Below are positions 9,837-18,918 of a stretch of 54,363 nt of DNA, piece after piece. Each line of letters opens with the position of its first letter. The first letter of the stretch is position 1. Made by a program: the position numbers and the translations under genes. The stretch spans positions 1 through 54,363 of the forward strand of contig JAZKIQ010000001.1 in the NCBI GenBank assembly GCA_040384765.1, in the 5' to 3' direction. Source of the stretch: Patescibacteria group bacterium (GTDB lineage Bacteria; Patescibacteriota; Minisyncoccia; Phycocordibacterales; JBBUBG01). The notes under the pieces are model-generated. The model searched no databases. It worked only from the letters and a program-made list of their open reading frames with translations, and was not told the origin of the DNA.

Positions 9837-11210
9837 TTAAGCAACTTTTCGAAGAGTGTGTCCAGCTTTTGTATCACTTATTTCGTACCCTTTTGCTCTT
9901 ATCTCTCCTCGAATCTTGTCTGCCGTTTCAAAATCTTTTGCCTTTTTTGCAGTCTCACGCAAAAGAGCAAGCTCTCTTATTTCAGAGGGGACCTCTTCGC
10001 GTTCAAAGAGGCCTATTTTGAAGAGAGATTCTACGTACATGAAGAAGCCGACAAGTGCGCTCTGGTCTATCGGCGCATTGGCATCTATCTTTTTGTGTAT
10101 CTCTCGGACGAGAGAGAAAAGTACTGCGATTGCTGCTGGGGTGTTGAGGTCGTCCTCGAGTGCAGCATCAAACTCCTTCCGTGCCTTAGGGGCAAAGAGT
10201 TCCGATGGCTCCTCGGGATGATGGTACCCCTCGAGTCTTTCAAGCAGCTCCTTGATACGGCCACGACTCTCCTTTGCTTGGTTAAAAAGCGAATCAGAAA
10301 AATCGAGGGGGGAGCGGTAGTGAGCAGAAAGCATGGCGAAACGGACGACATCTGTTGGATGCTGATCAAGGAGCTCTTTTGCGGTCGTAAAGTTTCCGAG
10401 GGACTTCGACATCTTCTCGCCTTTTACTGTGAGAAGACCACTGTGCATCCAGAAACGCACAAAAGGGGAAAGAGTCGTTGCGGATTCTTGTTGCGCAATT
10501 TCAGCCTCATGGTGCGGAAAAATAATATCGAGACCGCCGCCATGAATATCATATTGCGGACCAAAGTAGCGCTCGGTTATTGCAGTATCTTCAATATGCC
10601 AGCCAGGTCGCCCTTTGCCCCACGGAGAATCCCAAAAAGGCTCTCCCTCGCGGTACGCTTTCCAAAGCACAAAGTCATGCGAGTTGCGCTTGTCGGGATT
10701 TTCTTCCGTGCGCTCTGCTTTTTCGAGCTCCGCAAGGTTTTGACGTGAAAGAGCGCCAAAACGGGGGAATGATTCGACCGAAAAGTAGACACTACCGTTT
10801 GATTCGTAGGCGTGAGCCTTTTCGATGAGTCGCGTGATCTGGTCGAGCACCTCTTTTATATGATCACTTGCGCGGGCGTATCGGCTTACCCCGTCTAGAT
10901 GAAGCTTTGCCTCAATCTCGTGGTACGCCTGTTCGTACTCTCGGGCAATCTCTTCTGGGCTTTTGCTCTCTAGGTCTGCGCGAGCGATGATCTTGTCGTC
11001 GACATCAGTGATGTTCTGGAGGTACTCGAGCTCGTGTCCAAGCGTTCGAAGAAAAGAGGCAAAAAAATCAAAAAAAATGTAGGTGCGAGCGTTGCCTATA
11101 TGGATATGGTTGTACACGGTGGGGCCGCACACAAACATCCGAATTGGCCCTTTGGCGGGCGGTACGAATGCCTCTTTTGTTCGGGTGAGGGTGTTGTAGA
11201 GATGAAGCAT
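9837..11210 (-). CDS. cysS: Cysteine--tRNA ligase
   Basis: CGPTVY, HIGN, DFVLWK, GRPGWHIE, HGGG, KMSKS. Confidence 0.96.
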   Translation of the reverse strand: MLHLYNTLTRTKEAFVPPAKGPIRMFVCGPTVYNHIHIGNARTYIFFDFFASFLRTLGHELEYLQNITDVDDKIIARADLESKSPEEIAREYEQAYHEIEAKLHLDGVSRYARASDHIKEVLDQITRLIEKAHAYESNGSVYFSVESFPRFGALSRQNLAELEKAERTEENPDKRNSHDFVLWKAYREGEPFWDSPWGKGRPGWHIEDTAITERYFGPQYDIHGGGLDIIFPHHEAEIAQQESATTLSPFVRFWMHSGLLTVKGEKMSKSLGNFTTAKELLDQHPTDVVRFAMLSAHYRSPLDFSDSLFNQAKESRGRIKELLERLEGYHHPEEPSELFAPKARKEFDAALEDDLNTPAAIAVLFSLVREIHKKIDANAPIDQSALVGFFMYVESLFKIGLFEREEVPSEIRELALLRETAKKAKDFETADKIRGEIRAKGYEISDTKAGHTLRKVA

Positions 11211-11211
11211 G

Positions 11212-11276
11212 AGAGTTCGGAGTTCAGAGCTCAGTATTCAGTCAGGCTGAACTCTGATAGCTGATCACTGAACTCT
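11212..11276. repeat. Inverted heptamer element, AGAGTTC family
   Basis: 4x AGAGTTC-like, AGTC-ag-GCT centre, 4x GAACTCT-like, in the cysS 5' region. Confidence 0.85.
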
Positions 11277-11344
11277 TGATTCGTAGAGTATATCGCGATG
11301 CACTTTAATTGACCATATATGGCTTCTTTGCAATACTAAGCAGC

Positions 11345-12637
11345 ATGTTTCGACGCGAAAAATATACGGGAATAGTGATCGGTGCCCTGCTCCTTGTGGG
11401 CACTTTTGCCTCGGGTGTCTATATTGGGCAAGCCCAAGTGTCGCCCGAAGATCAGGTGGCAGGAGTGATAGGCAAAAATGAGGGGAAGCCTGATGAAGTG
11501 GACTTTGCCCAGTTTTGGGAAGCGTGGCGTATTCTCGACGATCGATATGTCACCAAAAATGGTAACAGCTCCACAACAAAGGCTGTTACGGCGAACGATC
11601 GCGTATATGGAGCTATCTCTGGCCTTGCAAAGTCGCTTGGCGATCCCTACACAACCTTTTTCCCTCCCGAGGATCTCAAGCTTTTTGAATCGAGCATTCG
11701 GGGCGATTTTGAAGGGGTAGGGATGGAGATCTCGAAGAAAGATGAGATTCTAACCGTAGTGGCTCCGCTCAAGGATAGCCCTGCGGAAAAGGCTGGCATT
11801 AAGTCGGGTGACAAGATTCTCAAGATCAATGATGAGGTTGCAACAGATCTTTCGGTAGAGGCTGCAGTGCAGAAGATTCGCGGCCAAAAGGGGACTGCCG
11901 TAAAGCTTTCCATCTACCGCGAAGGTGCAAGCGAACCTATCGAAGTTTCCATCACGCGAGCTGTCATCGTGATACCGACGATTGCTATCGAACAGAAGGC
12001 TTCGAAGGTAAGTGCGGGTGGGAAGGTCGAGGATTCCAAGGGGACCGACCTTCGCGACGGGGTATTTGTGGTGAAGCTGTACAGCTTTGGTGCGCAGTCA
12101 AGCAACCAGTTTGCAGAGGCGATAAATCGACTCTCAAAGTCGGATGCACAAAAGATGGTGATCGATCTACGAGGCAATCCGGGCGGCTATCTTGATGCAG
12201 CTGTTGATATGGCAAGCTGGTTTATCCCGAAGGGGAAGCCTGTCGTTATTGAACGGGGAGGTAGGAGTGATCAGGATGTCATCTATGAAAGCAAAGGGTA
12301 TGAGTTGCCCGAGAACGTTAAAAACGTAAAGGTTGCCATCCTTGTCGACAGAGGGAGTGCTTCAGCGTCTGAGATTCTTGCAGGAGCGCTTGAAGAGTAT
12401 GGCCGCGCGGTACTCGTAGGAGAAAAGACATTTGGTAAAGGCTCGGTGCAGGAGCTCGTGAATCTTCGAGATGGTGGAGCGCTCAAGATTACGATTGCCA
12501 GATGGTACACCCCGAAGGGGAAGTCGATCTCGCTTTCTGGCCTTGAGCCAAATGTAAAAGTAGAGGTAAAGCCAGATATGGTGAAAGAGGGTGTGGATCC
12601 TGTCCTCGCGAAAGCGATAGAGGTGCTTAATAAATAA
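11345..12637 (+). CDS. ctpA: Carboxyl-terminal processing protease, S41A family with PDZ domain
   Basis: DPYT, PDZ GVGM, DLRGNPGG, SASASE, TFGKGSVQ; start moved to ATG 11345 after TTGACC-17-AATACT. Confidence 0.92.
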   Translation: MFRREKYTGIVIGALLLVGTFASGVYIGQAQVSPEDQVAGVIGKNEGKPDEVDFAQFWEAWRILDDRYVTKNGNSSTTKAVTANDRVYGAISGLAKSLGDPYTTFFPPEDLKLFESSIRGDFEGVGMEISKKDEILTVVAPLKDSPAEKAGIKSGDKILKINDEVATDLSVEAAVQKIRGQKGTAVKLSIYREGASEPIEVSITRAVIVIPTIAIEQKASKVSAGGKVEDSKGTDLRDGVFVVKLYSFGAQSSNQFAEAINRLSKSDAQKMVIDLRGNPGGYLDAAVDMASWFIPKGKPVVIERGGRSDQDVIYESKGYELPENVKNVKVAILVDRGSASASEILAGALEEYGRAVLVGEKTFGKGSVQELVNLRDGGALKITIARWYTPKGKSISLSGLEPNVKVEVKPDMVKEGVDPVLAKAIEVLNK

Positions 12638-12694
12638 GAGATTGGAGTTCAGAGTTTAGTCTGACTGAGCTCTGAACTCTGTAAGCTGAACTCT
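12637..12694. repeat. Inverted heptamer element, AGAGTTC family
   Basis: 3x AGAGTTY-like, AGTCTGACT centre, 4x GAACTCT-like. Confidence 0.85.
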
Positions 12695-12701
12695 GGTTTC
12701 C

Positions 12702-13148
12702 ATGAAAGTAATACTCCTAAACGATGTGGCAAAGGTGGGACAGCGTGGCCAGGTGAAAGATGTGCCAGATGGATATGGGCGCAACTTTCTCATTGCACGG
12801 GGTCTGGCGAAGCCTGCTACTCTGGGCTTGCTTGCTGCACACGAGCACCAGGACAAAAGCGCGAGGCAGAAGCGCGAAAAGGAGTTTACGCTTGTAGACG
12901 GTGCTATCGCCGGGGCCACAAGCGCGCAACCCTTCATTGTGGTGCGAAGTGCGAACCCTGAAGGCGCGCTCTTTGCGGGTCTTAAGGCGGACGACCTTGT
13001 CTCGGAACTAAACAAAAAAGGTTTTTTTGTTCCCACTGCTTCAGTTCATCTTGAAAAGCCGATAAAGAAAACAGGCAACTATGAGGTTGTGCTCAGCTCG
13101 CCCTCGGGAAAGAAAACAGTACTTATGGTGGAGGTGAAGGGGGAGTAG
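12702..13148 (+). CDS. rplI: 50S ribosomal protein L9
   Basis: MKVILLNDV, VPDGYGRNFLI, PIKKTG. Confidence 0.95.
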   Translation: MKVILLNDVAKVGQRGQVKDVPDGYGRNFLIARGLAKPATLGLLAAHEHQDKSARQKREKEFTLVDGAIAGATSAQPFIVVRSANPEGALFAGLKADDLVSELNKKGFFVPTASVHLEKPIKKTGNYEVVLSSPSGKKTVLMVEVKGE

Positions 13149-13162
13149 GGCAGGGCGCAGGC

Positions 13163-13270
13163 CAGAAGTACAGAAGTGAAGAAACAAGAAATAAGTTCTC
13201 ATAAAAACACCACTCCGCTAGGAGTGGTGTTTCGTTTGTCTTCTGACCTTCCGATCTTCTGTACTTCTGC
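13163..13270. repeat. Inverted octamer array (CAGAAGTA...TACTTCTG) enclosing a bidirectional terminator
   Basis: 8-nt periodic arms; AAACACCACTCC-GCTA-GGAGTGGTGTTT at 13205-13232 between convergent rplI and rpmA. Confidence 0.7.
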
Positions 13271-13276
13271 TCTAAG

Positions 13277-13552
13277 CTACTCCATTACGTGCACAATCGT
13301 GCGTCGTGTGGTGGTGCCGTCAAAGTTTCCTTTGCGAGCAGAGCCAAATTTTACCGTCCCTGTTTTGTCAGCAAAAAGAGTATGGTCTTTGCCGATGCGA
13401 ACGTTCTTTCCGGCTAGAATCTTGGTGCCGCGCTGGCGAACGATAATAGAACCTGGCTGAGCTTTCTCGCCGTCATGGAGCTTGGTGCCAAGATATTTTG
13501 GTTGTGAATCTCGGAGGTTTCTCGCTGTACCCCCGGCCTTTTTATGTGCCAT
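13277..13552 (-). CDS. rpmA: 50S ribosomal protein L27
   Basis: [29 protein letters not shown]. Confidence 0.97.
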   Translation of the reverse strand: MAHKKAGGTARNLRDSQPKYLGTKLHDGEKAQPGSIIVRQRGTKILAGKNVRIGKDHTLFADKTGTVKFGSARKGNFDGTTTRRTIVHVME

Positions 13553-13690
13553 ATTTCCTTAAAATAAGTATCCCTTGAACTTTTTGCCGTCGCTTGTTCG
13601 GAACTGAAAACTGCTGCTTTCAGTTCTCTCACTTCGCTAGGCAATAGTGCTTAATTTGGGCTTTTTCCCTTATACTGGGTGAAAGCTTGA

Positions 13691-14149
13691 ATGAACAGAA
13701 TAGTACCAATAATCGAGCAAAAGATCAAGGATATCCTCGAGTGGGGTAGGTGGTACGAAAAAGAGCTCTATGTTGGGGCAGTGGTCGTGCTCTCCTCGGC
13801 ACTTGCGTACGGCTCAGGGCTTTTAGTATTGGAGCTTCGGGCCAAGGAGCCTGTGGTTATACGCGACTTGGCCGGCGCGCTTGTAGAGGCGAGTCCTGTT
13901 CGCTCCCCCTCCCCGGCGGGGGAGAAAGTAAGCGAAGTGGTGTCGACAGGAAAAGGCACGCCGCTTTCTGCGGCTTCTGCAAAAACAGCAGGCCTCGTGG
14001 TTGGCACACGCTCAACCAAAAAATATCGCCTCCCAGGATGTGCCGGTATTGATACTGTTGCAGAGAAAAACCGCGTCTATTTCAAGACAGCTGCGGATGC
14101 AGAGAAGGCGGGATACGTGCGGGTAAAAAATTGCAGTATAAAGCCATAA
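13691..14149 (+). CDS. Membrane-anchored protein with degenerate C-terminal Ada-like metal-binding domain
   Basis: One TM; KKYRLPGC...NRVYF...AEKAGY...NC pattern. Confidence 0.65.
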   Translation: MNRIVPIIEQKIKDILEWGRWYEKELYVGAVVVLSSALAYGSGLLVLELRAKEPVVIRDLAGALVEASPVRSPSPAGEKVSEVVSTGKGTPLSAASAKTAGLVVGTRSTKKYRLPGCAGIDTVAEKNRVYFKTAADAEKAGYVRVKNCSIKP

Positions 14150-14187
14150 GCTTTAGAGTGGTATTTTAAGCATCTATAAGAACATAT

Positions 14188-14730
14188 ATGAGAAAGATTA
14201 TTGGCGTAACGGGAACTGCTGCCTCCGGGAAAGATGAGGTGGTAAGGATGCTTGTTCGGTCTATTGGGTGGGAGCACTACTCAACCTCTGATGAGATCCG
14301 GTATGAGGCGACTGCGCGCGGGATTGGCCACAGTCGCCCAGAGCTCTCCGAGATCGCCAACGAGCTTCGTTTAGGCATGGGGACATCAGTTCTTGCTGCC
14401 CGTGCCCTTGCCCGTGCCAAGGGTGACGTGATCATCTCTGGGATTCGTAATGAAGGAGAGATTGAGTACCTAAAAACCCAAGGAGATTTTACGCTCATTG
14501 CGGTGGATGCGTCTGCGGATACTCGGGAGATGCGCTTGCGAAATAGGGACGAGGTTCGGCCAGGAAATGACCCAGACCTCAAGCAAGACAAAAAAGAGTT
14601 TGCAGGTGCCTCCCATGGCCAGCAGGTGGGGAAGTGCATTGAGGCGTCAGATATCATAATCATGAACGACGGCACGCTCGATGAGCTTCGAAAAAAAGTA
14701 GATGAGTTTGCGTCAGGTATTTTAAAATAG
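14188..14730 (+). CDS. P-loop nucleotide kinase (dephospho-CoA/NMP kinase-like)
   Basis: IIGVTGTAASGKD Walker A, ISGIR, IIIMNDG. Confidence 0.75.
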   Translation: MRKIIGVTGTAASGKDEVVRMLVRSIGWEHYSTSDEIRYEATARGIGHSRPELSEIANELRLGMGTSVLAARALARAKGDVIISGIRNEGEIEYLKTQGDFTLIAVDASADTREMRLRNRDEVRPGNDPDLKQDKKEFAGASHGQQVGKCIEASDIIIMNDGTLDELRKKVDEFASGILK

Positions 14731-14735
14731 ATTTT

Positions 14736-14859
14736 AGAGTCCGTTTTAAAACCCTAGATACGAGGCGCCGAAGGAGAAAAATGTGAGGCTGTACATTTTG
14801 GTACAGTGAGCGTTTTTCGACTGTGGCAACGAAGTAGGTGGGGTTTTAAAACGGACTCT
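14736..14859. mobile_element. MITE-like element, 124 bp, 19-bp perfect terminal inverted repeats
   Basis: AGAGTCCGTTTTAAAACCC ... GGGTTTTAAAACGGACTCT; internal CTGTAC/GTACAG hairpin; no ORF. Confidence 0.65.
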
Positions 14860-14910
14860 GCCCTCACCCCAAAAAGAGGGAAGTGCAGGCAGGAAGGCTT
14901 GCAGAGCGAA

Positions 14911-14955
14911 TAAAAAATCAGCGGACCAAAATCTTTTTGGTCCGCTGATTTTTTA
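14911..14955. terminator. Strong bidirectional terminator-like hairpin
   Basis: TAAAAAATCAGCGGACCAAA / TTTGGTCCGCTGATTTTTTA perfect stem. Confidence 0.7.
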
Positions 14956-15014
14956 ATTGAGTAGGTGGCTGGCGGGCGATAGAGAAGGGGCGTGTGTTCT
15001 TATATGAAACCAAC

Positions 15015-15023
15015 TGTGGATAA
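15015..15023 (-). promoter_or_regulatory. Perfect DnaA box
   Basis: TGTGGATAA is the reverse complement of TTATCCACA. Confidence 0.5.
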
Positions 15024-15160
15024 CTTTAGGGGGTCTCCCCAGGCAACGTCGTACAATATACATTTAACGACGTTGTAGAGGAGGAGAAATGGGCTGCGGG
15101 ACGGTCTTGCTTCGTACCTTCTATTGGCTTGCAGGCCCTAGTCGTACGTTGACCAACCGT

Positions 15161-15343
15161 CTATGCTCGAGCCTTTGCTCCTGCCTTCCTCTGCTCTCTG
15201 TGGCGCTTCCACCTGGCTTCGGCCGCGGCTCGTGCTACGGCTGTCCGAGCCTTTGGCGTCATTGTGGTAAGCCGCGCCCGGCCGCCGCGCCGGCCCAAGG
15301 CCGACATGTAGTGCCGTACGATGGATGCTTCCTCTTTTGTCAT
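15161..15343 (-). CDS. Small basic protein with 'ALGRRGGRAR...TPKAR...ARAAAEARW' pattern, probable nucleic-acid binder
   Basis: 60 aa, Arg/Ala-rich; pattern recalled from small KGG-type mobile-element proteins; TATAAA upstream and palindrome CTAAACCGCTTAG at 15358-15370. Confidence 0.65.
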   Translation of the reverse strand: MTKEEASIVRHYMSALGRRGGRARLTTMTPKARTAVARAAAEARWKRHREQRKAGAKARA

Positions 15344-15467
15344 AAATTCATTTTATACTAAACCGCTTAGCATTACAAACAGTTATTAGATTTAATGTTC
15401 ATATTTTGACCTCGTAAAATCCTCAAATTTAAATTGGGCTAGGGTTTGGGTCGATTAAAAATGAAAA

Positions 15468-15512
15468 GACCCCCGCGGAAGGAAGACCGTGTTGATCTTT
15501 TCCGCAGGGGTC
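15468..15512 (-). terminator. Intrinsic terminator of the 16202-15514 orphan pair
   Basis: GACCCC.GCGGAA...TTCCGC.GGGGTC hairpin with T-run on minus strand. Confidence 0.6.
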
Positions 15513-15513
15513 G

Positions 15514-15921
15514 CTATCTGTCGACTCCCGCATGGTCCCGCAGCCGAAGCTGGCCGTCTACGGCGACGTTGTTGTTCCCTGCCTTGCCGGAGCACTTCCC
15601 GTAGCAGGTCCACCGCCCCTTGTTTGACCTCACGAGCTCCTGCACATGGACCCGCCAGCCGTCGTGTGCGAACTGGCCATGATTGATGAACAGAAACAGA
15701 TCGCCTTCCTGGACCCAGCACGATTTGATCCGGCCCATGAACGCGAAGGGCTGCTTGCCCTCCTCGTCCACATGCTTCGGCGCCAAGAACGTGAAGGCCC
15801 GACCCACCAGTTCATCGAGGTTATCGACACCCAGCTCACGTGCCAGGTAGTTCATGGTTTCGTCCAGATGGTTCCGCAACCGAAGCTGCGTGAGCCCCTG
15901 CTTTGCACCGTTCTTCTTCAC
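15514..15921 (-). CDS. Hypothetical protein
   Basis: 135-aa ORF, GAGG SD before GTG, GC3-rich codons, terminator downstream. Confidence 0.55.
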   Translation of the reverse strand: MKKNGAKQGLTQLRLRNHLDETMNYLARELGVDNLDELVGRAFTFLAPKHVDEEGKQPFAFMGRIKSCWVQEGDLFLFINHGQFAHDGWRVHVQELVRSNKGRWTCYGKCSGKAGNNNVAVDGQLRLRDHAGVDR

Positions 15922-15953
15922 TCAATCCTCACTTTCAATCTTTCCTTGCTTGC

Positions 15954-16202
15954 TTACCTTCTCCTGTTCCAGTTCCAGCTTCCGCGCATAAGAAGCGGGT
16001 TGCCATTTTTGGCCAGCGCTTCCTCCGCTTCTTTGGCCTTTTCCGGATAGCTTCGCTTGAAATCAGCAGCTTTCTCCTTGGAGGTCTCGAGCTCCCTCCT
16101 TTCTTCGGACGAAAGGTCCGCGTAGCGTGCCTCCTTTGCAGCGATGGTTTCGATGTTGGAGTAGTAGAAACGTGAACCTCGGTCGACTCCGGTCCCGGAC
16201 AT
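15954..16202 (-). CDS. Hypothetical protein
   Basis: 82-aa ORF, AAGGAG SD, TTGACA-type promoter upstream. Confidence 0.55.
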   Translation of the reverse strand: MSGTGVDRGSRFYYSNIETIAAKEARYADLSSEERRELETSKEKAADFKRSYPEKAKEAEEALAKNGNPLLMRGSWNWNRRR

Positions 16203-16285
16203 GGATGTTCTCCTTTTTGGAGAGTTGATTTTCTCCGGTTTTATTTAAACATTCAAAATAAAAAATGTCAATATTAGATTACATC

Positions 16286-17620
16286 CTATCTTGGTAGATA
16301 GTCGAGTGGATTTAAATATGCGTTGAGGGCCGCAATGGGAAGCCTATAGGTGCCGCAGGCGGCGTTTTTGCTTTTGAGGTTGCCGATCTGGGAGCCGGCT
16401 GAGGCTGCTACGGAAAAGTGGAGGTGTGGGCCCGTGGAGTAGCCTGTGTTGCCGCTGTAGCCGATCACACTTCCGGTGCCTACCTGTGACCCCTCGGTGA
16501 CTGAGATAATAGAAAGGTGTGCGTAGAGTGTCGAAAGGCCATTCTCGTGGCGTATAAACACCCAGCGGCCATATGATGCGTTGGGGCAGGTGAGGTCGGT
16601 GTCCCCTGTGCCAAGCACGGTGCCGCCACGCGCTGCCTTTATCGGCGTGCCAAAGCTCGCGCGAAAGTCGATGCCGTTGTGTCCTTTGCCGTTGTATACA
16701 GCTCCGAGCGCTGATTGAGAGAAGCTTGTATTGCCGAAATACTGAGTGATAAGGACCGAGTCGAGCGGCCACGAGAGTGCTGAGCTGCCTGCCTTTGGCA
16801 AAGCGAGCGGATCGAGCTCGTACTTGAGCTTTGCTTCGATATTTGCGAGCTCCTTTTCAAACTGCTCCTCGCGCGCCTTTTTCTCGGCAAGTAGCTGCTT
16901 GTATCCTGACTCTTTGTTTTTGGTTTCCGCGAGGAGCTTTGTTTGCTGTGTCTTGTTTGAGTCTGCAACTTTTTTCTGCTCAGAAAGGCTGACACGCAAA
17001 CTCGTGAGCTTTTTTTCGAGCTCTTCATTTTCACTCTTGGTACTCTCGAGGCCAGCCTTTTTCTCCTTGAGATCGGATACTTTTATATTTACTGAGCCTT
17101 GAAGCTGCTTGAGCTCTTCGACGCGCGACCAAAACGTCGACAGATCGTCGCCCCCAAGTGCTCCCTCGATAACGCTAAACTCCTCTTGTTCATTCAGTCT
17201 ACGAAGCACTTCGCCGAGACCTCGGTTGTTCTTGGTGATCTCTCCACTTTTGGTGCCTATCTCCCCTGCGAGCCGCTCAATCGTGAGCTTAGTAAGGTCG
17301 ATCTTTTTCTCGGTGAGGCTTATATCAGCCGTGATCTTTTTCGAGGATGCCTCAAGTTGTTTCACTGCATCGGAAAGCGTCTTTGCGGTTTGGCTTGTCG
17401 CCTTTACCTTTGAATCGAGCTCTTTGATCTCCTTTTGGAGTGTCTCTATCTCTGTTTGCTTGCTCGAGATAGAGGTCTGCAGCTCTTCTACGCGCGTTGC
17501 TGCAGATGCATGGTTAAAAGTTAAAAGATAAAAGGTAAAAGAAAGAAGCGCAACCATGCGCACTATTGCGCTGACTACGATGTGCGATTTACGATGTGTG
17601 TTGGGCGATTTCGATCGCAT
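16286..17620 (-). CDS. Coiled-coil M23 family peptidoglycan endopeptidase (EnvC/NlpD-like architecture)
   Basis: Signal peptide, long coiled coil, HNGID, YAHL, STGPHLH. Confidence 0.9.
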   Translation of the reverse strand: MRSKSPNTHRKSHIVVSAIVRMVALLSFTFYLLTFNHASAATRVEELQTSISSKQTEIETLQKEIKELDSKVKATSQTAKTLSDAVKQLEASSKKITADISLTEKKIDLTKLTIERLAGEIGTKSGEITKNNRGLGEVLRRLNEQEEFSVIEGALGGDDLSTFWSRVEELKQLQGSVNIKVSDLKEKKAGLESTKSENEELEKKLTSLRVSLSEQKKVADSNKTQQTKLLAETKNKESGYKQLLAEKKAREEQFEKELANIEAKLKYELDPLALPKAGSSALSWPLDSVLITQYFGNTSFSQSALGAVYNGKGHNGIDFRASFGTPIKAARGGTVLGTGDTDLTCPNASYGRWVFIRHENGLSTLYAHLSIISVTEGSQVGTGSVIGYSGNTGYSTGPHLHFSVAASAGSQIGNLKSKNAACGTYRLPIAALNAYLNPLDYLPR

Positions 17621-18911
17621 GATCGATTCTTTTTAGGGTCTCTTCTTTGCCAATGAGGGCCGCTACGGTAAAGGGATCGGGTGATTTCTCTTTTCCGGTG
17701 AGCGCTACGCGAAGTGGCCAGAGCACTTTGCCCCTTCCCTTTTCGGTGGCGAACTCCCACAGAGCTTCCTTGATAGGTTCAAGGTTCCAGGTTTTAGGTT
17801 CCAGTTTTTCAAGAAGCTGGCGAGTCTCAGGGAGAAATTCAGGTGTTTTAAGAAGGGATGTTTCATACCCAGGTTGACCAAAGAAAAAGTCGAACTCGCC
17901 GGATTCCTTGATACCGCGAATGTCAGCAAAGGTTGCGATACGGTCGAGGATAAGTGGCTCTATCTTTTCGAGCGTTGCTTTGTCGGCATCGGGAAACACC
18001 TTTTCGATCTCGGCACTTACGCGCTCACGCGGGAGCTTTTTAATATATTCGCGATTCAGCCAGTTGAGCTTTTCTACGTTGAACACTGCTCCCGATTTCT
18101 GAACTCTTTCCAAGCTAAACCCCTCCACGAGTTCATCGAGCGAAAAGATCTCACGGTCGGTGCCAGGATTCCAGCCGATAAGGGCAAGAAAGTTGATCAT
18201 TGCCTCGGGCAGATAGCCTTGCTCTTTGTAGTAGCCGATCGATACGGTCTCTCCGTGCTTGCGCTTCGACATTTTGCTTTTGTCGGGTGCAAGGATGAGC
18301 GGAAGATGGGCATAGATCGGCCGCATGGCGCCAATCGCCTCTTGGAGGAGTATCTGGCGAGGAGTATTCGAAATATGGTCCTCACCACGTATGACGTGAG
18401 TCACTGCCATTTCGTGATCGTCGATAACGACGGCGAGATGATAGAGAGGCTCCTCGAGCGACTTTGCGATGACAAAATCTTTGAGCTCGGTGGTGTCAAA
18501 GGTAATATCTCCACGAATCTCATCGTGAAATGTTACCTGCCTGTTGGGATTTTTGAAGCGAATCACTTCGGTACGCCCACCGGGCTCGACGGGGGTCTCT
18601 TTCGATACATACGCAGTGCCTTCCGCTATCATCTTTTCTAGATAGCTTGTATAGATCGCCGTGCGCTCTGATTGGCGGAGCGCTTCCCCATCGTAGGAGA
18701 GGCCAAGCCAGCTCATGGCGTCGTAGATGCTTGTTTCGAGCTCGCGCTTCGAGCGCTCTTTGTCGGTGTCTTCGATACGCAAGAGAAAGCTGCCACCATG
18801 CTTGCGAGCAAAGAGATAGCTGAAAAGGGCTGTTCTCGCAGACCCGATATGGAAATAGCCCGTCGGAGACGGGGCCATGCGTGTTACTACTTTTTTTTGG
18901 TTATCGGTCAT
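17589..18911 (-). CDS. gltX: Glutamate--tRNA ligase
   Basis: RMAPSPTG, HIGS, LRIEDTD, THVIRGED, KMSKR. Confidence 0.95.
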   Translation of the reverse strand: MTDNQKKVVTRMAPSPTGYFHIGSARTALFSYLFARKHGGSFLLRIEDTDKERSKRELETSIYDAMSWLGLSYDGEALRQSERTAIYTSYLEKMIAEGTAYVSKETPVEPGGRTEVIRFKNPNRQVTFHDEIRGDITFDTTELKDFVIAKSLEEPLYHLAVVIDDHEMAVTHVIRGEDHISNTPRQILLQEAIGAMRPIYAHLPLILAPDKSKMSKRKHGETVSIGYYKEQGYLPEAMINFLALIGWNPGTDREIFSLDELVEGFSLERVQKSGAVFNVEKLNWLNREYIKKLPRERVSAEIEKVFPDADKATLEKIEPLILDRIATFADIRGIKESGEFDFFFGQPGYETSLLKTPEFLPETRQLLEKLEPKTWNLEPIKEALWEFATEKGRGKVLWPLRVALTGKEKSPDPFTVAALIGKEETLKRIDHAIEIAQHTS

Positions 18912-18918
18912 TGGTTAT

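Noticed and set aside
9825-10748. 307-aa plus-strand ORF, and similar ORFs opposite gltX, murG, dnaK and rpoBC
   Set aside because: Fully antisense to clear housekeeping genes.
15089-15361. SD-led 90-aa plus-strand ORF
   Set aside because: Overlaps the more convincing 60-aa minus-strand gene and has a non-protein-like composition; at most a remnant.
14730-16285. Prophage or integron
   Set aside because: No integrase, att sites, attC structure or virion genes.
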